Of a stretch of 58,301 nt of DNA, positions 1-12,562 are shown piece after piece. Under the pieces are notes generated by a model. It was given only the letters and a program-made list of their open reading frames with translations, was not told where the DNA came from and made no database searches. The position numbers and the translations under genes are program-made. This DNA comes from Perkinsus chesapeaki ATCC PRA-425 (Eukaryota; Protista; Perkinsozoa): the NCBI GenBank assembly GCA_013115145.1, contig JAAPAO010000170.1, positions 1-58,301 on the forward strand. The letters are read 5' to 3'. The number at the start of each line of letters is the position of its first letter. Position 1 is the stretch's first letter.

Positions 1-1028
1 TGTGAGGTATGTATTCGAGCCCTCTCCGATGTATATTGGATGATGAACCCTCAGGGATCAGTCTAACTGTGGCAGTTGTGTAGCCATGGCTGTAATTGGA
101 GTGTTTAATGACCGTTTATGCATTAAAACTGGTGGGAAGTTCAACAAGTTACTTTCACCAGGATATGCTGTCGCTTGTTGTACCCCCGATAAGGGTTGCG
201 AACCGTGAGGCCTCAATGTTTCGCCGATCATTGCATGGACATCCATTCAGACCTACTGGCTGTTCGGGAGCGACCACCACCGAGATCTGGGACTTCGCAC
301 AGAGGTTTGGAATTCCCACGGGTAGCCTTAAAGCGCCAGAACTGTGGGGGAAAGCAACTTACTGGCAAACGTGCTCAGGGGGAGAATACAGGCCTCGCAG
401 CTCGATGGAGGAAGCCGATGGCTGCTTCCCATACAACTTCCCACCCTGTGATCATACCTTCGTTGGAGGAAAGTATCCAGCATGCTCCAAAGTAGCAGTT
501 ACCGATCAGATATCGTGAATTACTCTCTGCATTCTCCAGGTGGTAGCTGAGACACCATCTTGCCCCAAGACCTGCCGTAATAGGAAGTACCGCACCAAGC
601 TATCAAAGTAGATACTCGTGGCACGGTCACCGATAGGATGTTTGCCAGGGACCGACATTTCGTAGCCGCCCCGGGAGAAATCGACGTTCGTGAAGATGTT
701 GACGAAATAAAACGGGAGATATTTGTCAACGGGTCTGTAAGGATTGCACAACTCAGTCGGCATAGCTACTCACTCTTATCAGGTCACAGCTTTGCTGAAT
801 GTGTATGAGGACCTCATGGCCTATAGATCTGGTGTATATACGCACAAGACTGGTAGCTTCATTGAGAGTCACTCTGTCAAGCTTATTGGGTGGGGGAAGA
901 CGGCAACTGAAGAATATTGGTTAGCAGTTAATAGCTGGAATGAAGAATGGGGTGAATCGGGACTGTTCAGAATAGCTATTGGTCAGTGCGGGATAGAGAA
1001 AGAGGTCACCTATGGAGTACCTAAGTAA
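1..1028 (+). CDS. Cathepsin B-like papain-family (C1A) cysteine protease, 5' end outside window, multi-exon
   Basis: Spliced reading gives VRDQSNCGSCVAMA (catalytic Cys), occluding-loop-like YNFPPCDHT, EIKREIFVNG, VYEDLMAYRSGVY, HSVKLIGWG (His) and NSWNEEWG (Asn). GT-AG introns at 7-54 and ~490-539, among others; stop at 1026-1028. Confidence 0.93.
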
Positions 1029-1689
1029 CTTAGGCTAAGTTGCCTCCTTGAGAATTGTTAGTATTTGTCAAGCCATTGTTGTCGTTGATGATTTGATTGG
1101 GTAGCTGTATCGCTCGCAGTTGCTATCATACAATTTTGTGTTTACTATATGCGTGAATTGATCATCATCGTAATGCTAGGCTGTATCTGTTACAGGGTCA
1201 GCAGCTATTGGTCTGCTTGAATGATTACCAAATCCTGGAAGGTGAGGTTTCTCATTCGTCCGAGTGACCTCACCGAAGGTTACAACTTTTTAGCATGGCC
1301 AGATCATTGACCCCCCTTTGGTCTCTATCTCAAAGCTTCTTTGCTACTTGCTTGATCTGTTTCGTTCTGATCGGGCCACCAAGTGCTGGCCGCTTGTGGT
1401 GCTCAGACGATCCCACGATCAACTCGTTATTAGTTTTAGTGCTGTGTAAGGTGAAGTGCCGTCAGTTGGAAGACATGAATCTGCTCCTTCTCTACATCAC
1501 TCTTTCCGTTCTGCCCACCAAAGCGGCCATTCAGAGGGTTCGGACGATCGCGGGTCTCAACTGCGAAGGCGAGGGAGAATACCTAACTCTATGGCCAATA
1601 TTTCGTCGCACTCTTTACACTCACGGTAGAAAGCCGTCTCGGAACCAAGCTATCCGACACTGCTCCAGGAGCCGACGACCAGAGAACAG

Positions 1690-2153
1690 TGCTTACAGCT
1701 GTTCAAGTCTGGGAAGCGATCTGCCTAGCATTAGTCGATGAAGATGTGTGCCAAAGTCTGGGATCGGAGGAGAATCATATCATGCCAGAGGCGATACGGA
1801 ACATGTGCGCCTCGGACACGAATTAACGTGGGATGGCTGCGGTCAGGTTTCTGAACCAGTTACGAATTCTGAAACCTTTTGCAACTACTGGAGAATTCCC
1901 TAAAGAGCCATTGACAGATTTCACCTGCATGTATGCTTTTATCGAGAGGTTTCCCCGATGATTCACAAGGTACGGAACTTTGACTACTTTCTGGGTCATG
2001 ATGCTCGGCGCTGAGAAAGGTTACTTGCCCATGGATCACGGTCACCGGATAGCTAGGTGAGGATCGTTCTGGATGCCGACTGTCGGTGATGAACCGGTAG
2101 GACCTAGAATAGTTGTAAAGACTATATAGACCAGCAGGTTTCGCTTCGGCCAT
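1690..2153 (-). CDS. Possible hypothetical protein, head-to-head with the next gene; 3' extent unresolved
   Basis: ATG-initiated 97-aa ORF (1860-2153) ending beside a GTAAC donor-like site, with further donor-like sites downstream. No recognisable motif. Confidence 0.3.
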
Positions 2154-2365
2154 TTCAAGTGTACACAGTGTGACTTACATTCGATTTAAAGGTGCTTCAC
2201 GAGCGCTGTGATCCAGGTTCACCCTAGCTGTCCTATCTGAGATCGTGTTCGATGGCGGCGACTGGTCTCTAGATTTCATGGACTCTGCGAGCGATTGGAA
2301 TATCTCTACCGGCTTGATTATTGATCAAGCAGCAAGGTTTATAAACCAGTAAAGCAACTCCAATT

Positions 2366-4551
2366 ATGTCAGCCACCACTGGTGCCAGCAGACACTTTGA
2401 TGGCCCTGCTCCGACTACTATAGAGGAATGGCTCGAGCAAACAACCCCGCCAGACTACAATCCAAGAAACCGTCCATGGGAAGTTGATTATCCGGTCAAC
2501 CTATGTTCGAGGGGCACACCGGAAAGGAAGGTCCAGGAGGACGAACATCGCCGTCGAGGTACATGCTCTTTGATGCCTCGTTGAGTTGCTGTGAGATGCC
2601 TCTTAATGATGGGTTTATTGCTTTATTTTAGCCCCTCGAATGAATCGCCATTCGATCGTCATTTAGTGACAAGAACTAGTTCAAACGCTCAACGCATTAC
2701 CCTACTGGGGGCATCTTGTTCATCTCGAAAGTCTAATGTGCATATTAGAATGTTCATTCTCGCAAATGTTTATGCGAGCAAAGAGATAAGCAAGCATTTC
2801 AGAACGACTGTCTGGGACTCCCCCACAGCTGGCGATACTAGAGCGGCATGATGGCACTGCCCTCGATATTGGTGCCTCCGCGAAGGCCGCCATAGCCACT
2901 GAATGGGCTGTACCCGTGCCAGATGTGGTGACCAAGTACAGCAACTCGGGCTCGGCGGCGCCTTGCCATTATTTCTTCGAAGATACTATTGGGTCAAGAC
3001 AGTCAACTACAATGGGACATCTACCTATGATGAGATATCTCGGAACTTGGTATCGGATCACGAATGGATCGACGACTGGTTTCCTACCATCAAGGCGGGC
3101 AACGTTACCTATTCGCAGTTCATTGAAGAGGGTATCCGTCCGTTCTATGAGGGAAATGACTACTTGAGTGTCAGTTATTCTTGGCGGTCCTCGGGGGATA
3201 GGCCCTTTTAGGATCCGAAAACCATGATTGTGTGCGGTGAAGAGTTCTTCGTGTGTCTTGGGCTATGGCATGTATCGAACCGGCCAATGATACTCTTCAC
3301 CAACATGTCCATACTCCTACTATTTCTCTTTAAACAGCAAGGTAATCTTAGATCTGTCAGAGACAACAACGTCCTCGTGTAATAATCTTCCTTCTCATAG
3401 GTGACTTTGACCTTTTCTGGGAGCTCTTCTATAAAGCCTTGCGCCATCCTTCAGTGCGCATGGCGGTTATGTGCCGAATCACACAAGAGCAGATACTTCG
3501 TCAAACTGGAGTGGGCTCTCTATAATGGAGCCTCTTAAACTCGTTTGCAGATACGCGTTCCTTACGTACCATTTACAGCGCTCCACATTACCGAGTCTCA
3601 CACCATGGCCCGCGGAGATGCTGCCATGTTCTTCCGAAACAACCTCTTCCATCTACGGAACTTCCATCAAGTATTTCATTCTTTGCTGCGTCGCAACTAC
3701 GAGCTCGGCTATCCGGTATTCCTCCAGCCTCAACAACCGTTGCCCTGAGTATTATCGATAAGGTACGTGTGTTCGATATGAACGACTACGATACCCCATT
3801 GGAAATGCGAGATCTTGTCGATTTTCGAGCCGTTATAATGCTGGCTTATATTCCCAATGCATTGAGGTTGACAGACATGTAGAGGTGTGTGAGCCGGGCC
3901 TCCTTTTAGGGCATCCTCGTAGGTACGCTGCTCGAGTACCCATATTCACCCCAGATGTATTGGTTTCCGGCCTTCGCCATGTCTGGATCAACAAACCCTA
4001 CACAGGTGAGTCCATTCATAGCCACTGTCACAGCCCGATCACAGGCTGGTATGCCGATCCTCGATGGACATCACAGGCACCAGGAACCATACGAGAAGAA
4101 GTCGGACTAAGTCATAGAGATGAGACCCTCTCTGGATGCAGTGGTCCTGAGGTGCGGAGGACAATATATTCGCGACCTACAGAGCCTCTTCAGATGGATA
4201 TATTCCTTCATACTGGCCCAGCTGCCCTAGTTCCCTTTATAGGGGTTAATCAGACAAGAGGCAGACGGTAAGGCACGTGGCAGTTCAGCTAGTAATGGAT
4301 TGTTTAGATATTGGTGGCAGGCGACCGAGTGGTACAGGACACCTGGCATCCAATGGTTCAGGAATATGGGAGATCTCATGAACAAACTAGAGACACTAAA
4401 CCTAACGGAAGTACACCTTATCATCAAGAGTGGTGACTTCTTTTAAAAGATTCATAACGTTATGGACGCCCACATTAGAGAGCAAAGGGATACTGCACTC
4501 GGGTGGTGGAAAAGGGCATGCTTGGATGTTGCTATATCTTAGCTTACCACA
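2366..4551 (+). CDS. Multi-exon uncharacterised protein, possibly glycosyltransferase-like
   Basis: Exons join in frame across GT-AG introns: QILRQTG|IRVPYVPFTALH, YELGYP|VRVFDMNDY (intron 3716-3762), FRAVIMLAYIPNALR, YAARVPIFTP, YWWQATEWYRTPGIQ; ends WWKRACLDVAIS*. The function guess is a weak resemblance only; the start is uncertain. Confidence 0.6.
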
Positions 4552-4780
4552 AAGCAATGTTTGTGTTAGAAGTGGATATGAGAGCACGCTGGCTTGATTT
4601 TTATCTCTGTTACGTTCGATACGTCGCGCATTATACATGTAAAATCATTCACTTTCCAAAAAGGTGTACTTCAAACACAATCGGTCTAAACGCCCAGACA
4701 ACAGTATCCTCATGAACTCATCGGAGTTCCGACATGCTACTTAGGTTTGCACATACCCTTCATAAATGACGGAGTATCTG

Positions 4781-6955
4781 CTAACAACATTCACCTGCGA
4801 TCCACACCACAAGTTGCGGCCTACGGTCAGGCGTGAAGGTGCCCAAGTGGGACTTCTGTCCAACTTGGTCCTCCCCCTTCTTGACGTATTCATGGCATTG
4901 GATGCCTGTGGTGTTGGCAACTGATGCAGAAGGAATTGTTCTGGCTTCTATATTTTGCACCCTACCTTGCGAGATAGGAGCCTCGGTAACATCCGGAACA
5001 GTGGCCAATTGCATAGATGGTTTCCTGTGAGCTCGAAGACTCTGTTTGTTGGCGGATGGTTGCTGCGCGGGAGCGGCTGGCGTTGCGACATCCTCGACAT
5101 CGAAAGAAATACGACGTTTGCGATCCTCTTGAAGGAGCCCATCGATGAGCAGCATAGACTCGACCACCTGGAGCAGTGTGTCATCGAACGGCCGGAGTGC
5201 TGGACTTACCTCCGATCGCATCGATTGTGAGAGGGAAGCTGTTAACATGTGTACAGCACTGTTGCGTTTAACATTCTGTAAAAATGGACTATACAACGAT
5301 GCTTCCAGTTGGATATCCCACCTCAGGCGCGACAACCTTCTCGGCTTGCAGAGCAAGTGAGGGGTTGTTCAGCTTTCTCTCGTCCACCACAGCTCTAGTG
5401 CCAGATATAATGTTGAAGAGTGTGCCACCGAGTGCGTACCTAAACCGTCAGGAATGCCGGCAGAGATGATGCCCCAACTTACCAGTCGACACTCTTAGCT
5501 TCGTTGAAGGTGAGGGATGGGTTGCTCAGTAAGGTGCGAATCTCTTTAGTTTCCCTGACAACATCAATCCCCCCTCAAGCTCGATCCTTACACTTACGTG
5601 CTCTTGCCGTCCTCAGGTCCAGTGGCAATGACAATGGAGTCCTGCATGAGCTCACTAGCCGAGGGTGGAGTGCTCTGAGATATCACTCCGTGGAACTGCC
5701 AAATCCCAACCAGTGCTTACCGGTGTTGGGACCTTCCCATCCCAAGCGTTGTAATATTCAAAGATGGCAGCATCACTGCATTTGGCATCGGAACATAATA
5801 CAGTCTTCGGGGACATGCCCAGATGGAGCTGAGGGGCAATGTCAATCTATATAGAGGAGGAGGAGGTAGAGGAGAAGCCTACCATATGGGCCTTGGCATG
5901 AAGGAACTTAAGTCCAGTAACCAGCTGAGGGGCAATCTTCTGGAACAGGGGGAACCTGGAAGAAAGATGCATCATCATTCACGCCTTAGTATGGGCTCGC
6001 TACCTAGTGACCATGCTGGTGAACTCCCCAAGGTATCCCTGTTGAGCAGAAGCTGAGCCTGATGGCTGCAAAATATCAACAAGGCGACCACCGGGCATGT
6101 ACTGCATCAAAATGTTGCTGCCAAAACTGAACAGGAAATGCATTAAGGGATAAAGCGTCGAGGTAACAGCTACGTACAAGACGTTCTTGAGATCGTTGGC
6201 TTTGCGACCAGATGCCTTGGGAACGACCATACTGACGCCGAAGGTGACCGGTACTTGTGTTCCATTCTCGTACTTAATATCACCAACATCATGGCCGAAC
6301 CTAAAGAGACTTGCTCTTCTTGCTGCTTGGCTGATGATGGAGCCTTACGCATAGAGGACGTGATAGTTGGGGCAGGAGACGGTGTCGCCTGGCTTACCGG
6401 TGCCTGAGGTCCGTGAATTTATTAATGTAACAGACTAAAAGGACTTACGAATAGCGCCACACTGGGCTTCGTTGGTTCTATCGAACCACATCTTTTCTCT
6501 GTTAAACTGACCGAGCGTATGGATTTTCCTTTCTTGGTCGGTATCGACTGGTAGGGAGACGGTCTTTAAGGCGTACTCATTACTGTTAGAGTCAGTAACC
6601 CGGAAGACGACACCATTACGGGCTTGGAAGAGTCTGAAGCAGCGTCGATGAGCTTGTAGTGATAGAGTAGGAAGCTTACCGTTCATGAAGGATGAAAGGC
6701 CCCTTGGGAATGACCAACGAGAGTGGCTTGTTGTGATGGACCCCGTTCTGAAAGATACGATGAAATAGTTCCCTTTGGATACCGCAAAGGCCCTATATAG
6801 AGAATATCTATCGTCGTTTGCATGTGGTCACAGAATAGACCAAAGAGGTTCCGACGGTACTTCCCCACAGTACTCACCTTAATGTCAGGTGAGGCAATAA
6901 AGGTATCACAGATAAGAGCAGCAGCAGCTGAGATCAGAGCGATCCGAGGAGACAT
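4781..6955 (-). CDS. Protein kinase-fold protein with N-terminal signal peptide; predicted pseudokinase
   Basis: MSPRIALISAAAALICDTFIA signal-like start at 6955. Subdomains: NGVVFRV..YALK (I-II), REK (alphaC), ILMQYMPGGRL (V), LVTGLKFLHAKAHM|LHLGMSPKTV (VI), SVDW|YALGGTLFNII (IX), RKRRIS (XI). The 3' end is approximate. Confidence 0.85.
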
Positions 6956-7147
6956 TGTTAAATTTGGGGGTAATGGCTGCGAGAAGTTAACGGCACATCG
7001 GACAACGATCAGCGACCATCGGCTCTGGCGATCTTGCGCTGATCCATTTCTTGCAAGTTGCACGAAATAAGCATGTTGCTTAGCGCGCGCCCTACAGTTC
7101 GTTGCGTTTCAGACGAGACGTCATCAGTTCCTATTCAGCCGGTTGGT

Positions 7148-10100
7148 ATGGCAGCTGTGTCGCTGTGGGGGGCTGACCCAACTTATAGAGGTCTAGCCGA
7201 TACAGTGCTAGGTCAACCTATACCTATATGCAAGCACGGTGGAGGAGGGCTGGTCAGCATCATCACTGTTGGCGCTAAAGTAATATAGTATCTTTTAGAT
7301 ACTGCCATTGTTTGGGGACTCGGAGCATGATTGGCCTAATGGTTTAAGAGTTGTCCTCTATCTAGTAGGGCTGTTGTGGTGCTTTGTAGGCGTCGCTATA
7401 ATAAGCGATGTTTTCATGGGTGCAATAGAAAAGATAACATCCAAAAAGAACCGAGGTAGCCCAGAGCCTCAAGTTACCTTCATTTGGTTCGTAGTCCGCA
7501 TCATGGTCCATGGAGAGGCGAAACTGGTAACAGTGCGAGTCTGGAACGATACCGTGGCCAACCTCACTTTAATGGCCTTGGGCTCCAGCGCTCCCGAAAT
7601 ATTATTATCGGTGATTGAGCTGTTCAGCCAGAACATGTTCTCAGGGCATCTAGGCCCCAGTAGGCTGCCGACTCATTCCAACTTATAGGGTTTTTATTAG
7701 GCACCATTGTGGGCTCAGCTGCATTTAATCTCTTGGTGATATCTGCAGTCTGTATAATGGCGGTGCCGGACGGTCAAGTCCGGGCCATCAATGACGTTGG
7801 CGTCTTTGTGGTCACAGCCAGCTGCAGTATCTTTGCTTATGTATGGCTCCTTCTAGTCCTACAGGTGGTGTAATATAATGGATACTTTATTACAGTAATG
7901 TAGGTCTCAACTCCTGATGTGGTGGATATCTGGGAGGCTGTCATTACACTTGCCCTGTTTCCGGCTCTTGTAGCGATAGCCTATGCAGCTGATAGAGGCA
8001 AGTGCTGGCCGAGTGGGCTTTGTTGGAAGCTTTCCTGTGGTAGGTGTTTTCTCGGGAAAGTCGGTCAGTGGGGGCTCTAGCGCACATAGAGACCATGTGT
8101 TGGGGCTGGAGGAGCTGAGCGCTGAGGAAATAACGGAGCTTATGGATGAGGTGGAGCCCAACGGAGGGGTAAATTATCAAGAACGGATGCCTTAGACACG
8201 CCAGAGGCATGGCGCGGAGTTGACGGATGATGCGGTGATGAGAATAATACAGGCGGAAAGGCCACCACGGACGACACGGTAATGGGGCGGATAGCGCTGG
8301 AGGAGTTGGTCGGTCGCCAGGGCACAGCATCGGATTCACGCCACGCGCGTTCTAACTGGACGAGCCAAGTCTTTTCAAAGGAGTAGCGTTGCAGGGTCGA
8401 GCGCCGGTGGCGGGTTCAGTAGGCTATAAAGAAGGCTTGGGACTTGTAGAGGTTTGTCTTTAGTGTCGGCTATTTTGGGGCCTTCCTCATCTCCAGTGAT
8501 GCCTTTTGAGGGTAGTTCCTGGGCTGATATGACGGAGTTATGGTAGTGTTAGGTAAATCTGGAAAGACTGTATCAGATGAAGCCCGCCATGTAAGGGTGG
8601 TTTCTGTTGTGGGTAGTAATACCGACGGTTTCAGGAGGAGTCTGCTGCTCATCAACCTTCCATCAACTTTTCTTGTCCGAGGTGGTGGATTGATTGTATG
8701 GCTGCAGTGGGGTGTAGTGCAGTGTATTAGGTTTGCTATTATGGAAGGAGCGGGTAAGGTGGTGCTGCCTTTGGTGTTATCCAGTCCAGTCGACCAGGAG
8801 GTAAGGGTGTTGTTATCTGTTAATGGTAGTAGCATTTAGATTACAATACATTACGAGACTGTACAGGGCACGGCTACAGCTGGTGATGATTATGTGCCTG
8901 TAGTCGATGGACAGGTTAGTAAAGGGTTACAGTGCTACGTTATGCTATAAATATTGTGTGCAGTAATATTAAACTAGACAGTGATATTAAACTAAATAGT
9001 GATGTTAAACTAGATAGTAGTATTAAACTAGATAGTAATATTAAACTAGATAGTAGTATTAAACTAGATAGTAATATCAAACTAGATAGTAATATTAAAC
9101 TAGATAGTAATATTAAACTAGATAGTAGTATTAAACTAGATAGCAATATTAAACTAGATAGTAGTATTAAACTAGATAGTAGTATTAAACTAGATAGTAA
9201 TATTAAACTAGATAGTAATATTAAACTAGATAGTGATATTAAACTAGATAGGGATGTTAAACTAGATAGTAGTATTAAACTAGATAGTAATATTAAACTA
9301 GATAGTGATATTAAACTAGATAGTAATATTAAACTAGATAGTGATATTAAACTAGATAGTAATATTAAACTAGATAGTAATATTAAACTAGATAGTAATA
9401 TTAAACTAGATAGTGATATTAAACTAGATAGTGATATTAAACTAGATAGTGATATTAAACTAGATAGTGATGTTAAACTAGATAGTGATATTAAAGAGCA
9501 TTGTTATACCAAGTCTTGATTATAGTATCCTCTGGTGGTGGTATGGGGGTGGAAGCAATAACATAGTTGTTGTTGTTGTTTTTGTGATAGGTTACCATTA
9601 AAGCTGGTGAGTTAGCTAGCAGGGATATAGCAATAGAAGTGTTAGATGATGATGAGGTTGAAGATGATGAGAACTTTTGGTGGGAAACGTTGTCAAGTCG
9701 GGTACAGAACGCCTCCTCCACCTCCTCCTCCTCGGCAGGGTACGGCTAACGAAGGTCACCAAAGGGGCCGTGCTCGGCAAGCTATCAGTTGCTGAAGTAA
9801 CGATAATAGATGACGATGAAGCTGGGGAGTTGGTACTGGAAAAGGAGGAGCTACGTGTTATGGGCGATGTAAAGGGGGGGGTGGGGCTAGTAATAGAGGT
9901 TGGCTTTGCTTAGGAGGCAGAAGTGGTAGTTCTTCGAGCCAATGGTTGTAGTGGGAGGGTGACAGTACAGTACGTGACAGAGGCGGATAATGCAGTGGCA
10001 CCTAATGATTACACTCACACTGAGGGGGAACTTGTAATGGAGAACAATCGAGCCGCTGGGGTTATAAAGATACCTATATGCTCTAAGTAGACAGTGATTG

Positions 10101-11379
10101 GTATTGAGATTGATTCTGGTGCTTGTTGCCAGGTCTCGGAGTAGCCCACACTTCCGTCTTATATTGTCCGACCCAACAGGGGGTAGTAATACTAGAAAAG
10201 GGGGAGAAGAGGATTCGGATTAGGTGCCAAATTTTGTAGCAAGACTGATGGTGGTGAGGACGCACTAATTTGTACCATATGGATCGAACCAAGGCCGGAC
10301 CTCGGGAAGGCCCGAACAACCGTGCCCGCCTTGCTTAATTTGCATTGGGGTGAATCTCATCCATATGGAAGGTTTTATTGGTTCTCGTAGGTAAAGTAAG
10401 TCTTGGGGCCTCCAATTGGCAGGAGCAGTTTTCTGAGGCGATATGGGTGAATGGCAGTAAAGAGGAGCAGGCTGAGGTAGCGGACGGATGGTAGTCGAGC
10501 TGAGGACAGGGAGGCTGCCGGTATTAGGCTAGTGTGTCGGAGTGGATGATGCATATTATAACAGTGCCGTGGAAGGTGGTATTTGCGTTATGTCCACCGC
10601 TGGAGTATATGGATGGTTGGCTAACCTTCTGGGTCAGCCTCATCATGATTGGTAGTAAAAGTTAACCTGCTCTCACCAGAGGAAATTAGGTGGCGTTACG
10701 GCAATTATCGGCGATGTTGCGGCACTTCTTGGTTGCACTATGGAGATCCCGGACTCGGTGACTGCCATCACCTTAGTGGCTTTAGGTAGAAGTGGCTTAA
10801 GCTGGGCAATACTCTACAGCACCGATCGACAGGCACTTCCCTTCCGGATACATTTGCATCTCGGCTAGCTGCCATCCAGGATCCCTATGCTGATGCGTCT
10901 GTGGGGAATGTCACTGGAAGGTGGGCTCCCTGCTGTCTGGTGTGAATGACTGTGCTAAATTTTGCTTAGTAATTCTGTCAACGTCTTCCTTGGCCTTGGC
11001 CTGCCCTGGGTGATAGGATCGATATACTGGAAAATGCAGGGGGCTACTCAGGAGTGGATAGGGAGAGTCGGTGAGTGCTGGTCGAAGGAGGAGCGGTTCG
11101 GGAATCATATCGGCAGTAAGTGCAGGTCTGAATATCTATGCTGAGTACCCTGATGGTGGGCTTGTGGTAGAAGCCGGTGATCTGACCTTCTCCGTATTGG
11201 TGTTTACAATATGCGCATTCTTCTGCCTGGCAATGTTGGTGGTAAGACGAGCTAAGTATGGTGGGGAGTTGGGTGGCCCGAAGCAAGGCAAGAGGATCAG
11301 TGCCGCCATCCTGGTTGCGTTATGGGTGGTCTATATATCGGTTAGTTCAGCCAAGAGCTTGGCCAGTAAAAACGATTGA
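7148..11379 (+). CDS. NCX: Sodium/calcium exchanger (NCX/SLC8 type) with Calx-beta domains, many exons
   Basis: alpha1 repeat [34 protein letters not shown], Calx-beta segments ([14 protein letters not shown]; [15 protein letters not shown]; [10 protein letters not shown]), MHIITVPWK, alpha2 repeat [35 protein letters not shown]; stop at 11377-11379. Confidence 0.95.
8971..9492. repeat. AT-rich 18-bp minisatellite, 29 units (AAACTAGATAGT + AAT/AGT/GAT + ATT), inside an NCX intron (~8914-9589)
   Basis: Units counted directly from the KLDS(N/S/D)I translation; the flanking exons read as continuous Calx-beta sequence. Confidence 0.95.
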
Positions 11380-11718
11380 CACGACTAGTGCCGCCTTTTC
11401 GATTGCTGATCCACGCGCATGCCCCATTCGTGTGTGTACTATGAACCACTTGATGTATGAAGGCTATTGAGTTTTGTTATCAAAGTCACGATCAATTGCA
11501 AGGCTTGTGTCTGTCATTTACCCGTTGACTTTAGGGGCATCTCGCCCCTGTGTCGGGATATGCCAGCAAAACCGCATGTGATTGAGCGTTCGCGTGCAGA
11601 TGTACGCATGCACAAGTTGATGGTTGATCAACAAGTGTAATACCGAGTAGAATTATTATTATGGTCGAAGAGTCGATGGACACTGTTGTAGCTAGAACCA
11701 ATCGTCAAGTCATCATCA

Positions 11719-12510
11719 TCATTGATATGGTCGTGTTTGTTCTATGAAGGGGCATGCCATAATAATGCGGGGCGAGCGAAAATGTCGTTGATTGTTTGAG
11801 TGGGCAACCGGGTGGGCAACCGTTGTAACCTTTCTAAGAGAGGGGCCAATGGCTTCCTGCGGGTCACCCTCGTCCGCAAACTGCACTGCGGTATCCTCGC
11901 TCCGCTTGAATTCGCTCGAACACATTTGACCTCCGTTCAATAGAGTTAGGTTAACTCCCACTCCTGAAGAATCTCGGGAGCGCATCTGTTGAGCGCAGTA
12001 TGGAGAACGTCCCTTAAGCGCTGTTTTAAAGTGCTCCTGGGCTCGAGCTTGGCCCTGTCGATTGAGTAGCTTATTTTGGGATTGGTGGAAAGCAACAACG
12101 ATACCCCCGTATTGGGTGACGGATCCACGTACCTAAGTTGACCTGCATTGGGTGTAATCAGACAACTCGCATGAAGTGTAAGAGACTATATAATAGAGAA
12201 GTTCCTTCCCTTATACGGTTTGTCCCAAAGAGTGGTGACGACACGGTAAAGTAAGATTCAGGGCGGGGTATGCAGCAGCAGCGGCATTCTACTGTAGAAA
12301 TGGTCCGATGGTGAATGACCGATCTCTCATACTTCATATGTCTTTTTAATCTTTTGTTTTGCGTATAAGTATTGGTGTAATCCTAGAAGCTTCAAAGGAT
12401 GAGTCCGTGCTAGTATGAGGATGTGATAGGGCAGCGGCCGATGGGTTAGGGTAGTGTTGGTGGCCGCGGCGGTCATTGTTGTTGTTTGTAATGTCCGAGG
12501 AAATCATTTC
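11719..12510 (-). CDS. Possible multi-exon hypothetical protein, divergent from SF1
   Basis: Several short open segments separated by GT..AG-bounded gaps, ending at the stop at 11719. No known motif. Confidence 0.35.
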
Positions 12511-12562
12511 CACCGATGCTGGATACCAGATAGTCTCAGTATCTGGCACTGAGGCTGGTGGA

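Noticed and set aside
3716-3762. In-frame TGA at 3746-3748 as readthrough, selenocysteine or frameshift
   Set aside because: A 47-nt GT-AG intron (3716-3762) removes it and restores the frame.
8932-9519. 195-aa KLDS-repeat ORF as a real gene, or the repeat as a CRISPR array
   Set aside because: It lies inside an NCX intron whose flanking exons join sensibly. The ORF is a by-product of an 18-bp stop-free unit. There are no unique spacers or cas genes, and the DNA is eukaryotic.
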